The notes under the pieces are model-generated. The model was not told the origin of the DNA and ran no database searches. It saw only the letters and a list, made by a program, of their open reading frames with translations. Of a stretch of DNA of 64,000 nt, positions 1 to 10,101 are shown one piece after another. The translations under genes and the position numbers were made by a program. Origin of the DNA: a virus (Duplodnaviria > Caudoviricetes); the IMG/VR virus record IMGVR_UViG_3300028591_000127, positions 45,072-109,071 of that record. One strand, given 5' to 3'. Every line of letters starts with the position of its first letter. Position 1 is the stretch's first letter.

Positions 1-1480
1 CCTCAGACTGATCAACCAAACTATCAATATCTATCTCACTCTTTACAGTCAGTTCTTTCGTTAATGTGTGAATAAAACTAATCTTACCTGCAAAATGATT
101 ATAGGTGTTATCTGAAAAATTACGTCTTGGTACTATAACTTGTTGAGTAACACTATAGTATGTTACCCCTGCCACAGGAGATTGATCAGTGGCGGGTTTA
201 TAAATTCCATCAAGAGAGTCAAAGTAATAGAGACCTAACTCAGCTGGATTGCTGTAAGCATTAGTACTATATTCTGTAAACTCGTTATAGAATAATGTAA
301 AAGTAACCTTACCAGCATACAAATTGTTAGTTTTTGTAATACCACTTAGCTCAACTTTTAAGAAACAGCCATTAGGATAACCTTTAACCGGCTTTTTTAT
401 ACAGTAGATGACGGGCTCTGTATAATATTCGTTTACTGTTGGGTCGAGATTAGCATCGGCCAAATTAACAGTTAGATTGTGATATGTCTTAGTGTCCGCA
501 TAAATCCAGTCGCCATCAAAGTATTCATCAAACTCCTCATAGATTCCCAGAGTTATAGGACAGAAAGATTCTCCCGGTTTAAAGTAGATATCATCCTCCT
601 CTTCTCCAATAGTAAAAGAATATTTCTGAAGTTGAGTATCAGTATTCTCTCCGATTGGTAGTCTTTTAATTCTATAATTGTTTCTAATAAGTTCAGCTTC
701 TGCATTGAGTCTTTGAAGCTCTTTCTTATAAAACTCTTTAACTGAATCTAGCTCTTGAAGGATTGAACTACTTGCTGAATGTGAAGTCCTCCATTCACTA
801 GCTTCGGTAGATTCAAAGACTGTCCCACTAGTACTCTCTACATAACGATACATAGTGGTTCCATAAGTAGGATCGACTAATTCTTGAACTCTGACATACT
901 TCTTATCGGTGTCAGCTATATAAGTAAATTGTCTAAGAATTACTTCTCCAAGCTCTTGAACCCAATCAGAATTATTTTCATTCTTAGTGATAAAGAAATT
1001 TGCTACAACATCTCTATCTACTCTAAAAATGGCATTATTTAAGTCGGAGGTTTCAAGGACAGTATCGAGAGGGGTTAGTGTAGTTGAGACGATTTTGTCT
1101 TCTTGTTCAGACTCATCACCATTAAAGAACTCACTAAGAATAATTTCTCTATCCTTTGTTATCTTATTGCTAATTAGTCCTTTGCTATTAAATCCACTCA
1201 TATAAAGCTGAAGGATTCTACTCAAAGTTAGAAGTGATACCTCTTTATCTTCATCTTTATTAGGATCAAAATTCAGATATTCTTCTATTGAGGCAACATT
1301 ATTACCAAGATATAGCTTGTAATAAAGACTATTAGCCGGGAGTGAAGGATCTTTACCTGTTACGGTGGCTAAGACGTTGTATATTTCACCACCTTTCACA
1401 ACAAAATCACCCTTCTCAAAAGTAGTATCTGGAGCATAGGCAAAAATACCCTTTATACTCTTTTCACTATTAATTATCAT
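1..1480 (-). CDS. Partial tail/baseplate-associated structural protein (runs off the window end; absent from the ORF track)
   Basis: ATG at 1480 overlaps the stop of the upstream gene. It reads MIINSEKSIKGIFAYAPDTTFEKGDFVVKGGEIY..., the segments checked stay open to position 2, and it lies in baseplate/fibre context. Confidence 0.75.
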   Translation of the reverse strand, partial: MIINSEKSIKGIFAYAPDTTFEKGDFVVKGGEIYNVLATVTGKDPSLPANSLYYKLYLGNNVASIEEYLNFDPNKDEDKEVSLLTLSRILQLYMSGFNSKGLISNKITKDREIILSEFFNGDESEQEDKIVSTTLTPLDTVLETSDLNNAIFRVDRDVVANFFITKNENNSDWVQELGEVILRQFTYIADTDKKYVRVQELVDPTYGTTMYRYVESTSGTVFESTEASEWRTSHSASSSILQELDSVKEFYKKELQRLNAEAELIRNNYRIKRLPIGENTDTQLQKYSFTIGEEEDDIYFKPGESFCPITLGIYEEFDEYFDGDWIYADTKTYHNLTVNLADANLDPTVNEYYTEPVIYCIKKPVKGYPNGCFLKVELSGITKTNNLYAGKVTFTLFYNEFTEYSTNAYSNPAELGLYYFDSLDGIYKPATDQSPVAGVTYYSVTQQVIVPRRNFSDNTYNHFAGKISFIHTLTKELTVKSEIDIDSLVDQSE

Positions 1481-4400
1481 TGTGTATCTTAAACTCTATT
1501 TCACTTAAATTACTTGTAAAACTTCCCTTGCCTACGTTAAAGATTCTAACAATGTAAACGCCAGGATTACCTGAAGCACCATATAAGCTAGTTTCTTCAA
1601 CAGGTCCAAAGACAGTCATATCTCTGAGAGTACCAAAAACCTGAACCTCTTCATTTCCTTCATAGGGCCCAAACCACGTACTTGTTCCAGCAGGTCTGAA
1701 CGAGATTTTAGGAGTTATATTGAGATCCTGAGTATAGATTTTAAACTCAGCCTTACTCAGGTTAGCTCTATAAGTATCTGGGTCAGCGACATCGACAGGT
1801 ACAGCTATTTCACTATACTTTGGAACTGTAAAATATGGAGTCTTCACATCAAAGCCTTCATTGAAGATGCACCTAAATGTCATTTCAACAGTGTAGGTCT
1901 TCTCAAAGTAAAGTTTATATACTGGGGCAGCATTAAGATAAAGTTTGTCTGTTATTATGACATTACCATTACTAGTCTGCTCAAAACCAAGTAGAGTGTC
2001 TTCTTCGTCTCTTACATTAATATTAGAAACGTACTCTCTGGTGACATTAACGAGGTTTATTCTATAGGTCAATATAGATCTACCTTCTAAACTTGAGATT
2101 GTGATAGCGTAAGACCTTCCAGCAACTATTCTATCAGAGGCCTCACTATAAGAGGTACTGAAATTAACAGTTTCTTGTCTTTTTCCCCCATCAATATAGA
2201 CCTGGAACGTAGGAGCCATTTCATAAGGACCAAATTCTACATAAACAGTTCTATCCTCTCTAATGGTATCCCAAAGATCATATTCTCTACTTTTTACTAC
2301 CAGGTTATCAGTACTTTGGTTGGTTGATCTAGTCTCAATAAACTCTTTCAGTGTTATAGTGCCCTCTTCATATTTTGTTCCAGACACTCTATAATCATAA
2401 TTATTTAAAGTGGCTGCTGTATACTGAGTTTTATCTGTTACTCTATTGACTATTAAGATCTTATCATCCTGTTTTAGTACTTCAGCTTTATCCCACAACA
2501 CTGCTCTTTTCGCAACTTTAATGCTGCTGGCCACATTGGATGCAGTAGCTATAACAATACCGTTAAATTTACTATAGAGCTTACTAAAATTTGCAGAGCT
2601 AGCATTTAGGATAGTGCTGTTAGGCAGAACGTTAGTTTCTTTAGTGGAGGCTTTATTAATAATCTTATATTGAGCTGAATCAAGATAAGATTTATCGACG
2701 GTAAATCTACTCTTATTAGCGAGTGTTGCAACGCTCTTCTCCATTGATACACTAGCTTTTACATTAGCAACCGACGAAACTACTGAACTTTTCTTAACAT
2801 CAAAGGCAATAGTATTAAGTAGGGCCTCATTACTTTTTGTGTAAGGTTCAAGTTTCAATATTCTAATTGGATCTTCCTTAAACTCTCTTGACTCTGTATA
2901 GACTCTCTTCAGTATATAACCAGGCGCAGCTCTAAATCCTATAGATGTTTGGGTAGTATCGCTATTAACAGTCAATTTCTTTGGTGTTAGGATCTCGCCA
3001 CCCTCTGAAACAACAATATTTATGGTATCTGTTTTCCAAGCTCTCATATTATCTAAGCCTGACCACTTTGGTGAAATATCGGGAAAGCTATTGACATTAT
3101 TATTATCAACACTAATATAATACTTTCCTTTATATCTAACAAGCTCACCAGAAGAATAAACTCTAGAAACTAGCCAAGTATCATAAAGTTCAACCCAATA
3201 GTAGAGATAGTCTGTATAAGTGATTCCGTAATTATGACTATAGTTTATAGTTCTTGATAGCTCAACTTCAGGCTTTTCTCCGGGCCTATGAAGGTATGAA
3301 TCTTCTCTTGTTGCAATATAAGACTTATCACCTATTAGAACCTCGTCACCTTTCCTAATTACACCAGTTTTATTATTCAGTACTATTCCCTCTCGGGCAA
3401 CACCTAAATCAGTTTCAGGGTGTACATTAAGAGATGCATTAATCCACTCAAAGATTATATTTCCTGTTGTTGTAGTTGTCCAATCAGAGCTTCCTACATA
3501 CCTGATATAAGAGGTTTGAGTAGAAACTTTACCAGATTCATATACAACAGCCTTATATTTTCCGTTTATTTCTACTATTTGTCCTAATAAGAATCGTTCT
3601 TTTTCGCTCTTAGGGACAAAAGTCTGAAGTCCGGCATAATTCCTAATTAACTCTCTAAGGCCAGGATAATCTTCGTAGGTTCTTGTAAATCTTTTATTGC
3701 CAAGTAAAGTTCCAGAATTACCATCAAAGGTATATTGACCATCTCGTTTTAGATACTCTCCAGAACCTTTTCCGATTTTATGAAAGTCATCTTCTCTTAA
3801 GAGGTAAGTATTTTTATTTCTTTCTGGATTATTTGAGCTAAGCCAGTTTTGATAAGAAATATTAATACTAACCACTTCACCCTCTGGAGAAATTATAAAC
3901 CAGAGTACTTTTCTAGCGTGGATATTATTAAGGATCTCAATTTCGTATTCAAATTGACCAGGTATGTCTTCAACTAAGTCTTCTTTGCCGATAATTTCAT
4001 TGACGAGATATACCTTATTATAGTTTTCAGGGACATCAATCATAACTAATCTCTGATCACCTATATTTGTCAGACTAAAGAATTGAGCCTCTAATCTTTC
4101 AAACCCACCATAGTTACCACAACAATATACGCCTTCTAATGAACAGCCGTGAAATTCATAGAGTCTAAAGAAATTTGAATTTTCTCTTTTTATTTTTCTA
4201 AGTCTTTCACAGATTATTTCATCTATGAGGATTGTATAAACTTCTTTATCAGATACTTTCTCTTTACCTATAGTAACGCTTGACATCCCCATTCTAGGAT
4301 TCTCAGAAAGAATCTCCTTACTGACATGGGCCTGTATGGCATCTGTTTCAAAAGTATAATCCCAGGTGTTCAAAAAGTCGTTATCTTTCTTAACAATAAT

Positions 4401-4790
4401 TTTTATATAATCACCAATCTTAAAGTCAGGTAATGAAGCCCCTAGGATATACTTTTCATCCTCATAAAGAGCTGTAGAATCTAGGGTCACCATCCTAATT
4501 TCATCGACGGTATTAGTGGGAAAGAAGGTTTTAGAAATCTTGTCTATTTCCCAAGGATCCTTAAATTCTTCACTTGCGTTCTCTAAATACTCGAGATTAA
4601 AGGTATCGTTGTAGTTATCTTTTTGTAGGAGATTCTCTAAATTATATTCACCAAGATCAGCTACTCGCCCCAGTAACTTCTCATCACTTCCTCGATATTG
4701 AAGAATAGTAGAGCTTCCCCCTGTTATAGCAACAGTTTTAATGTCACTTATATGAGATCCAGAGGCAGTAATATTTAAGTTATTAGTCAT
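1470..4790 (-). CDS. Large baseplate/tail-fibre-associated protein with a CBM5/12-like motif
   Basis: 1106 aa, follows the wedge genes; W-x4-Y-x2-G-ELVRYKGKYY...P...W motif resembles chitin-binding type modules. Confidence 0.6.
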   Translation of the reverse strand: MTNNLNITASGSHISDIKTVAITGGSSTILQYRGSDEKLLGRVADLGEYNLENLLQKDNYNDTFNLEYLENASEEFKDPWEIDKISKTFFPTNTVDEIRMVTLDSTALYEDEKYILGASLPDFKIGDYIKIIVKKDNDFLNTWDYTFETDAIQAHVSKEILSENPRMGMSSVTIGKEKVSDKEVYTILIDEIICERLRKIKRENSNFFRLYEFHGCSLEGVYCCGNYGGFERLEAQFFSLTNIGDQRLVMIDVPENYNKVYLVNEIIGKEDLVEDIPGQFEYEIEILNNIHARKVLWFIISPEGEVVSINISYQNWLSSNNPERNKNTYLLREDDFHKIGKGSGEYLKRDGQYTFDGNSGTLLGNKRFTRTYEDYPGLRELIRNYAGLQTFVPKSEKERFLLGQIVEINGKYKAVVYESGKVSTQTSYIRYVGSSDWTTTTTGNIIFEWINASLNVHPETDLGVAREGIVLNNKTGVIRKGDEVLIGDKSYIATREDSYLHRPGEKPEVELSRTINYSHNYGITYTDYLYYWVELYDTWLVSRVYSSGELVRYKGKYYISVDNNNVNSFPDISPKWSGLDNMRAWKTDTINIVVSEGGEILTPKKLTVNSDTTQTSIGFRAAPGYILKRVYTESREFKEDPIRILKLEPYTKSNEALLNTIAFDVKKSSVVSSVANVKASVSMEKSVATLANKSRFTVDKSYLDSAQYKIINKASTKETNVLPNSTILNASSANFSKLYSKFNGIVIATASNVASSIKVAKRAVLWDKAEVLKQDDKILIVNRVTDKTQYTAATLNNYDYRVSGTKYEEGTITLKEFIETRSTNQSTDNLVVKSREYDLWDTIREDRTVYVEFGPYEMAPTFQVYIDGGKRQETVNFSTSYSEASDRIVAGRSYAITISSLEGRSILTYRINLVNVTREYVSNINVRDEEDTLLGFEQTSNGNVIITDKLYLNAAPVYKLYFEKTYTVEMTFRCIFNEGFDVKTPYFTVPKYSEIAVPVDVADPDTYRANLSKAEFKIYTQDLNITPKISFRPAGTSTWFGPYEGNEEVQVFGTLRDMTVFGPVEETSLYGASGNPGVYIVRIFNVGKGSFTSNLSEIEFKIHNDN

Positions 4791-5337
4791 AGAAGCTGGT
4801 TGTATCTACGGTTAATGTTCGTGTAGTATAGGCTGTTCCTCCAAAAGTAAGTTGTCCTGAAAAATTGTCAAGAAACTTAAAGGAAGATTCATCTATATTA
4901 ATATTGATTTGAAGGAAGTATAGAAGAGCCCCAAGGAATTCTTCAAAATATTTACAGAACCTATCTCTATCAATTCCCTCTGGAGTGCTTGTTAATCTAA
5001 TAGTACAAACACCTCCGTTATAAAATAGGGGTTCTTCTAAGCTTCCTAGATTTATAATATTGTATTGTGTTAAGAGATTGAAGACTGTAAAAGTTCCCTT
5101 GACTGTATAGAAAGAGTGAGCCAGGTAATTTATGTTTCCCTCTCTTGTTTTCTCATTCTCATTAGGGATAGCGTAATCTAAAAATCTATATACGGGATCA
5201 TTCTTCACTCTCCATTCATACAGAGAATCAAGGTCGTTGAGGTCTGATGAATAGGTTGTGTTGTAAGCCCCCAATAGATTGACTAGCTGCTTTACTATTG
5301 GTATTTCCCTAAGATTTTTCTTTATATAGATTTTCAT
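4783..5337 (-). CDS. Putative baseplate wedge subunit (P2 gpI / T4 gp7-like position)
   Basis: 184 aa directly downstream of the gp6/J-like gene; FYTVKGT segment resembles the xxKGT motif of gpI-like proteins. Confidence 0.5.
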   Translation of the reverse strand: MKIYIKKNLREIPIVKQLVNLLGAYNTTYSSDLNDLDSLYEWRVKNDPVYRFLDYAIPNENEKTREGNINYLAHSFYTVKGTFTVFNLLTQYNIINLGSLEEPLFYNGGVCTIRLTSTPEGIDRDRFCKYFEEFLGALLYFLQININIDESSFKFLDNFSGQLTFGGTAYTTRTLTVDTTSFYD

Positions 5338-7175
5338 TTCACAACGCTAGTAGTTATTGTGTAATTTATAGAGTAATAGGCATCAATCCCATGAGTATTA
5401 AGAATCGACTCTTCATCCACGGACCTACCCTCTGGAGTCTTATAGGTTATTGAAATCCTCTTAATCTTCTTAACATTTTCAAGCTTTCCAATATAAGCTT
5501 CAATTTCTTTTATTGTAGACTCATCAAACTTAATACCAAACTTTTGCTGATAATATTTCTTGAGGATATTTGTTCCAATCAAGTCTTCATAATTCTCAGC
5601 CTCATTTCTAAACAATTCAACGTGGATATCGAAGTTAGCAATATAGGCCTGTCCTTGATTAATATTAATATCATCAATAACGTAATAAGCTAAGTTATTC
5701 TGCTTAAAGGTATTAATCTCTTCGTCTGTCAAAAGTTGTGAACCTTTTGGAATATAATAGATGCTGATTACACTTGGTCTCGTACTATTACTGTTACTCT
5801 CAAAGCTGTAGATTGTTCCTCCAGCCATAATTTTCTCTGGGTAAATTTCCTCTAATACAGTACCAATATCACTATTACTTCTTAGAATACTATTAACGAA
5901 TCTATCACGAGAAGCTTTATAGTGAATAGTATTAAGGTCATCTGGATCTACTCCATCAACAAAACACATACCAGTAGTCCCTTCAAACGGAGTCAAACAC
6001 TCTGTTCTAAGAAAGGGATTTTGATGTATTGTTCCTAATGAGTCAGTAATATTCCCATAATCTAAATACTCAGCACCTTGAAGATTAAGTCTTCTCAGCT
6101 CATTGTTATTGTATTGTTCCAGCTTAGAGAAACCGAAGAACTTAGCGTAAACCCTTGTCGATGTGGCAGTAGGATCAAAGTTGGAATCTCTGTTTGCTTT
6201 GTTAGAATTATAATAATTAGCAATATAAAGTCTAGAACCAAAAGATGGTAAGGTCAGATCAAAGACATTACCTGTTAAGATATGCTCTGAAAATATTCTT
6301 GTTACATTGGCGGGCTTCATATCACTGAGAAGAGCTGATTTATTACCACTTTCTACAACTTGGCCAAGCTTTACAAAAACATCTGACGAAAGATTATCAG
6401 ATATACAGTCAACATAGTAAGTATTACTTATATCTACGTCAACATTATCAATTTCCAGAGACTCGCCCGTTCTTTTAGGGGCTATTAGGCACTTAATAAG
6501 CTGAATTCCTGATACTGACTCATCTTCTTCCTCTGTATTTTCATCATCAGTAAGAAGAGTTGGATAAAAGGTAGCAGTATTATAATTCCAATCTCCAGAA
6601 AATCTATAGTCAAGAGTTAGTTGATCTATTGATACTTTGCCTGGCTTACTATATTTATAAATAGTTCCAGCAGCATTATCAACAATCATATTCTGGCTGG
6701 CATCATCAATACAAATAATACTATAGCCTTTTTTCCTCATTTCGTTTTCGTATGAGATCTCCTGTGAACTACTACTTGAGGATCCCATAGTTGTTGTTCC
6801 CCCTCTCACAATCTCGTCGTTCAGAATATTCTTGATTTGATAATAACCAAGATAATAAACTTTGAAATTTTGAGATTCAATAAGGGTATCATAAGGATTT
6901 AAAGTCAGATATTTAGTGGGTCTGATTTTAAGAAAAACTCTTGGACAACTTCCTCTAAAAACTGAGTACATATTATCCATGCAGTGTTGGATCTTAGAGT
7001 TTATCAAAGCTGCCTTTTCAATTGAAGATTCTTTAAGATAGGATATATTTTCTACTTCATTTATATAGGTAGCATTACTTAGCAACTGTACAAGGAGCTC
7101 AACTGATTCACCCTTTAAGCCAATATTTTTAGCAACCTGATTATACCTATCTATATAATCTTGTACTGTTCTCAT
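5334..7175 (-). CDS. Baseplate wedge protein (T4 gp6 / baseplate J-like)
   Basis: 613 aa; N-terminus LLVQLLSNATYINEVENISYLKESSIEKA is typical of gp6/J proteins; follows the gp25-like gene. Confidence 0.7.
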   Translation of the reverse strand: MRTVQDYIDRYNQVAKNIGLKGESVELLVQLLSNATYINEVENISYLKESSIEKAALINSKIQHCMDNMYSVFRGSCPRVFLKIRPTKYLTLNPYDTLIESQNFKVYYLGYYQIKNILNDEIVRGGTTTMGSSSSSSQEISYENEMRKKGYSIICIDDASQNMIVDNAAGTIYKYSKPGKVSIDQLTLDYRFSGDWNYNTATFYPTLLTDDENTEEEDESVSGIQLIKCLIAPKRTGESLEIDNVDVDISNTYYVDCISDNLSSDVFVKLGQVVESGNKSALLSDMKPANVTRIFSEHILTGNVFDLTLPSFGSRLYIANYYNSNKANRDSNFDPTATSTRVYAKFFGFSKLEQYNNNELRRLNLQGAEYLDYGNITDSLGTIHQNPFLRTECLTPFEGTTGMCFVDGVDPDDLNTIHYKASRDRFVNSILRSNSDIGTVLEEIYPEKIMAGGTIYSFESNSNSTRPSVISIYYIPKGSQLLTDEEINTFKQNNLAYYVIDDININQGQAYIANFDIHVELFRNEAENYEDLIGTNILKKYYQQKFGIKFDESTIKEIEAYIGKLENVKKIKRISITYKTPEGRSVDEESILNTHGIDAYYSINYTITTSVVK

Positions 7176-7507
7176 AATTCGATAGTAAAGGTCTCTATTG
7201 TTTCATTAACGGAGACTGTCAACCTAGCTTTCTCCGCGTCAAGTAGTTCAATGCTGTCTAAAGTTAAGGTAACGTTATCGTTATCAGCAAACTTACTATT
7301 GATTGTTCTAACTAAAGAATCAATCCTGTTGCTTATTTCATTTTTCAAGTCACCTTTTTTAGTGTCTGTTAAGATAAAATCAAATCCCATATTAGACCCA
7401 GGGATATCCTTTGGGTAAATACTGAGATAGAGTTTAAACAAGTCTAAGATATACAGCTCTACTCTTTCAGTACTTCCTCCAGTACTAAGTAAATATTTAG
7501 TTTTCAT
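7172..7507 (-). CDS. Baseplate gp25/gpW-like sheath initiator
   Basis: 111 aa, PKDIPGSNMGFD resembles the gp25 GExxxxPxFG motif; synteny. Confidence 0.55.
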   Translation of the reverse strand: MKTKYLLSTGGSTERVELYILDLFKLYLSIYPKDIPGSNMGFDFILTDTKKGDLKNEISNRIDSLVRTINSKFADNDNVTLTLDSIELLDAEKARLTVSVNETIETFTIEL

Positions 7508-8004
7508 TCTATTGATACAAATGTAGCTGCCCCTGAATAGGTAGCATGAGATCCTGGAACTGTGTCTGTAGCTTTCTTAATTCCTGCTATAATTTCTTTA
7601 CAGACAGATACCATGGCATCTTGCTGGTTATCTGCCTTACTTGCTGTAATGTTGATTGTGGGAATTACGTAAGCAGGGGGTAGTGCAAATCCAGTCGGCC
7701 ATACAACTTCCCAAGTTTTAGCATTATCATTTAAGTCTGAACTAAATTTAGCTAAAGCACTGGAACAATCTGAAGCACCACTAGGACTTAAGGATCCAGC
7801 TGTTTTCAGATTAGTAATAATTTCGACCATTGGATCTGGAGTAGCTTCAGGGTCAACAGCTGACCAAGCATAAGTTACTACAGCATTACCCTCTACATAT
7901 TCACAAAGAGCTGCATAGAATTTGTTGTTAGCATCAGAGGCATCAGTACTCTTATTGATTCGACTAATTATAGCGTTAGCCATCGCTTCTGCTGTCATAG
8001 CCAT
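7504..8004 (-). CDS. Hypothetical baseplate-region protein
   Basis: 166-aa Ala-rich ORF coupled to the gp25-like gene. Confidence 0.6.
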   Translation of the reverse strand: MAMTAEAMANAIISRINKSTDASDANNKFYAALCEYVEGNAVVTYAWSAVDPEATPDPMVEIITNLKTAGSLSPSGASDCSSALAKFSSDLNDNAKTWEVVWPTGFALPPAYVIPTINITASKADNQQDAMVSVCKEIIAGIKKATDTVPGSHATYSGAATFVSIE

Positions 8005-8011
8005 AGTACTA

Positions 8012-9328
8012 TCAATTACCTCCTTTCTTAGCTAATCTATCTTTTTCTGTTAGTCCACCAAAAATAGTTTCATATTCTGGTTTCCAATTATCATTTAACC
8101 TTAGTTTTGGGAGAAATTCTATTAATTTATTTAAATGATTTTTCCCTTTGGTTATAGAACAATATGACTTAAGCACTAAATTTTTGTAATCTTCCCAGTT
8201 TGATATTTTTTCTTGAGACCTCAAGTTAGTTTTTATAGATCTAATGATAGATAAAACAGTAGTTTTCTCAGAATTATTTGAAATGGAAAGTTTCTTCTTT
8301 GCCTCTTCTTTTCTCTGTTTTTTACTGATTTCAAATTTTTTATCAATAAATTCTATAGTTAGACCTCCAAAAAGAAGTTCCAGTTGTGGTGTCCATCGAC
8401 TATCTTCTTTTAATTTAGGAAGTATTTTCATTAATCGATAAAAATGTCTTTCTGCGCCAGATATATCACTATAAGCTGATAATATTATCTCGTAGTATTC
8501 ATCAAAAGATTTTATATCTTTTTTGGATTTAGACATATTTTTTTCGAGCTGATTAAATGTTTTAGTTATCGTAAGGTTATTAACAGCTTTCTCCCTATTC
8601 TCTGGGGTATTGCATACTCCCATAGGGTCTCCGTACTCTTCTATATTTTTGTTTACCATCCTTTGAATTGCTTCTTTAGATGCATTTGGTCCATGAAGAG
8701 TACCATATTTTTCTAAGTTAGTTTGTCTTCGTTTTTCATTAGCTTCTGGAGTGAATGCATTAATAAAACCTCCATGACCATATCGTTCTTCTTTAGTTTT
8801 GTTTCCTTTTGCAAAAGCTTCTGGTGTATGGCAGTTAACAAAAGTTTCTCCATATAGTCTTCTACGAGTTTCGAGCGATCTTTCAATAGATTCTCGACAA
8901 CTTACGCTCATATCATCGGCGCCCCATGTTAGGTTATATCCGAAGCAGTCTGGATCTTTGACACAAGTATGCAGAGTTTTTATCCAGTAAACTTCTTTTT
9001 CATTTAGTTCTTCTCGATTTTTTCCTACATCTATTATATATACGATAAACGACTCGAGACCATATTTTTTCCAAGCCCTATATAAAGCTCGTGTCTCATT
9101 TAATTCTTCAGAAACAAATCTGTTGTAGTCTCTGAAATGTCCTACATAGGTTTTACTAAATCTGTTTCTTACTTGGACAGTTTGACCTATATAATTTTTA
9201 CCATTTACGTTGTTATGTACACAGTATATAACATTTTCCATCAAAAAACCTTCTGGAAATTTGTTATCATAGGCATCAAGAAGGCTCATTGTTGATAAAA
9301 TGTTTACTTCTATATTATTTAGTATCAT
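8012..9328 (-). mobile_element. Free-standing GIY-YIG (Seg-like) homing endonuclease gene
   Basis: VIYCVHNNVNGKNYIGQT...RF...LYRAWKKYGLESF...E..WI...GYN catalytic domain, followed by TxxExYG-type repeats; very AT-rich; start codon uncertain. Confidence 0.85.
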
Positions 9329-9332
9329 AGTC

Positions 9333-10097
9333 CTAGTTATTTAGTGATTTGGATGATGATTGCGCCGCACCTGTAAAGCAGCAGAAAGGAATTCCACACC
9401 AAGCTCCACGTCCTTCTGGAGTTGGGGTTCCGGCTACTGTTACTGAAGCTCCAGTAATTTTAACATCAGGTGAATCTATTGTACATGATCCACTTACTTT
9501 AGCACTCAAAGATTTTCCAACCTTAGCGTCAACATTACCATCAACTTTTATCGTTGTGTTTCCATTTACCGTTATGTCAGAGTTACCTTTAACTACGGCT
9601 GTAAAGTTTCCATCGATATTAACTTCGTGGTCCTTAGTTATATGCACTTTTCCAGCGCCTTCCATCTCTACCTCTAAGTTACCTTCCTTGTCTATTTTAA
9701 TCCAGGAAGTACAATCTGGTGTTGGTTTTGAGTCTTCTTTATCGTCATACCACTCTCCCTTATCTGTATCTGGGAAAATTAAATCCTTGCCATTATTTGA
9801 ATTATTGGCATCGACAGGGATAATACCAATCTGAATAAAATCCTCTTTTATCCAAATCTTCTTACCCCTTGATCGAATACCTATAAAATCGTTCTCTTTT
9901 AGCTTTTTATATAAATAGTATGAATGATAAATTGGGTCTACTTCCAACAACATTACATTATCCCCTACTCTTGGCTCATCTACCTCTCCTCTAAAAGGAA
10001 AAGCATTGAGTTTCTGATTTTTACCAGGGATATCTACCTCAATCGTATAAAGATCGGGGTCTAATACTTGTGAAATAACACCAAAATAAGTTTCCAT
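9333..10097 (-). CDS. Baseplate central spike (T4 gp5 / gpV / VgrG-like)
   Basis: Start revised to METYFGVISQV (10097). N-terminal OB-fold (PRVGDNVMLL), [VI]xGN beta-helix repeats and a Cys-rich C-terminal tip. Confidence 0.8.
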   Translation of the reverse strand: METYFGVISQVLDPDLYTIEVDIPGKNQKLNAFPFRGEVDEPRVGDNVMLLEVDPIYHSYYLYKKLKENDFIGIRSRGKKIWIKEDFIQIGIIPVDANNSNNGKDLIFPDTDKGEWYDDKEDSKPTPDCTSWIKIDKEGNLEVEMEGAGKVHITKDHEVNIDGNFTAVVKGNSDITVNGNTTIKVDGNVDAKVGKSLSAKVSGSCTIDSPDVKITGASVTVAGTPTPEGRGAWCGIPFCCFTGAAQSSSKSLNN

Positions 10098-10101
10098 ATT
10101 A

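Noticed and set aside
8004-9333. Group I intron around the GIY-YIG gene
   Set aside because: Only 4-7 nt separate it from the neighbouring ORFs, which appear complete, so there is no room for an intron core.
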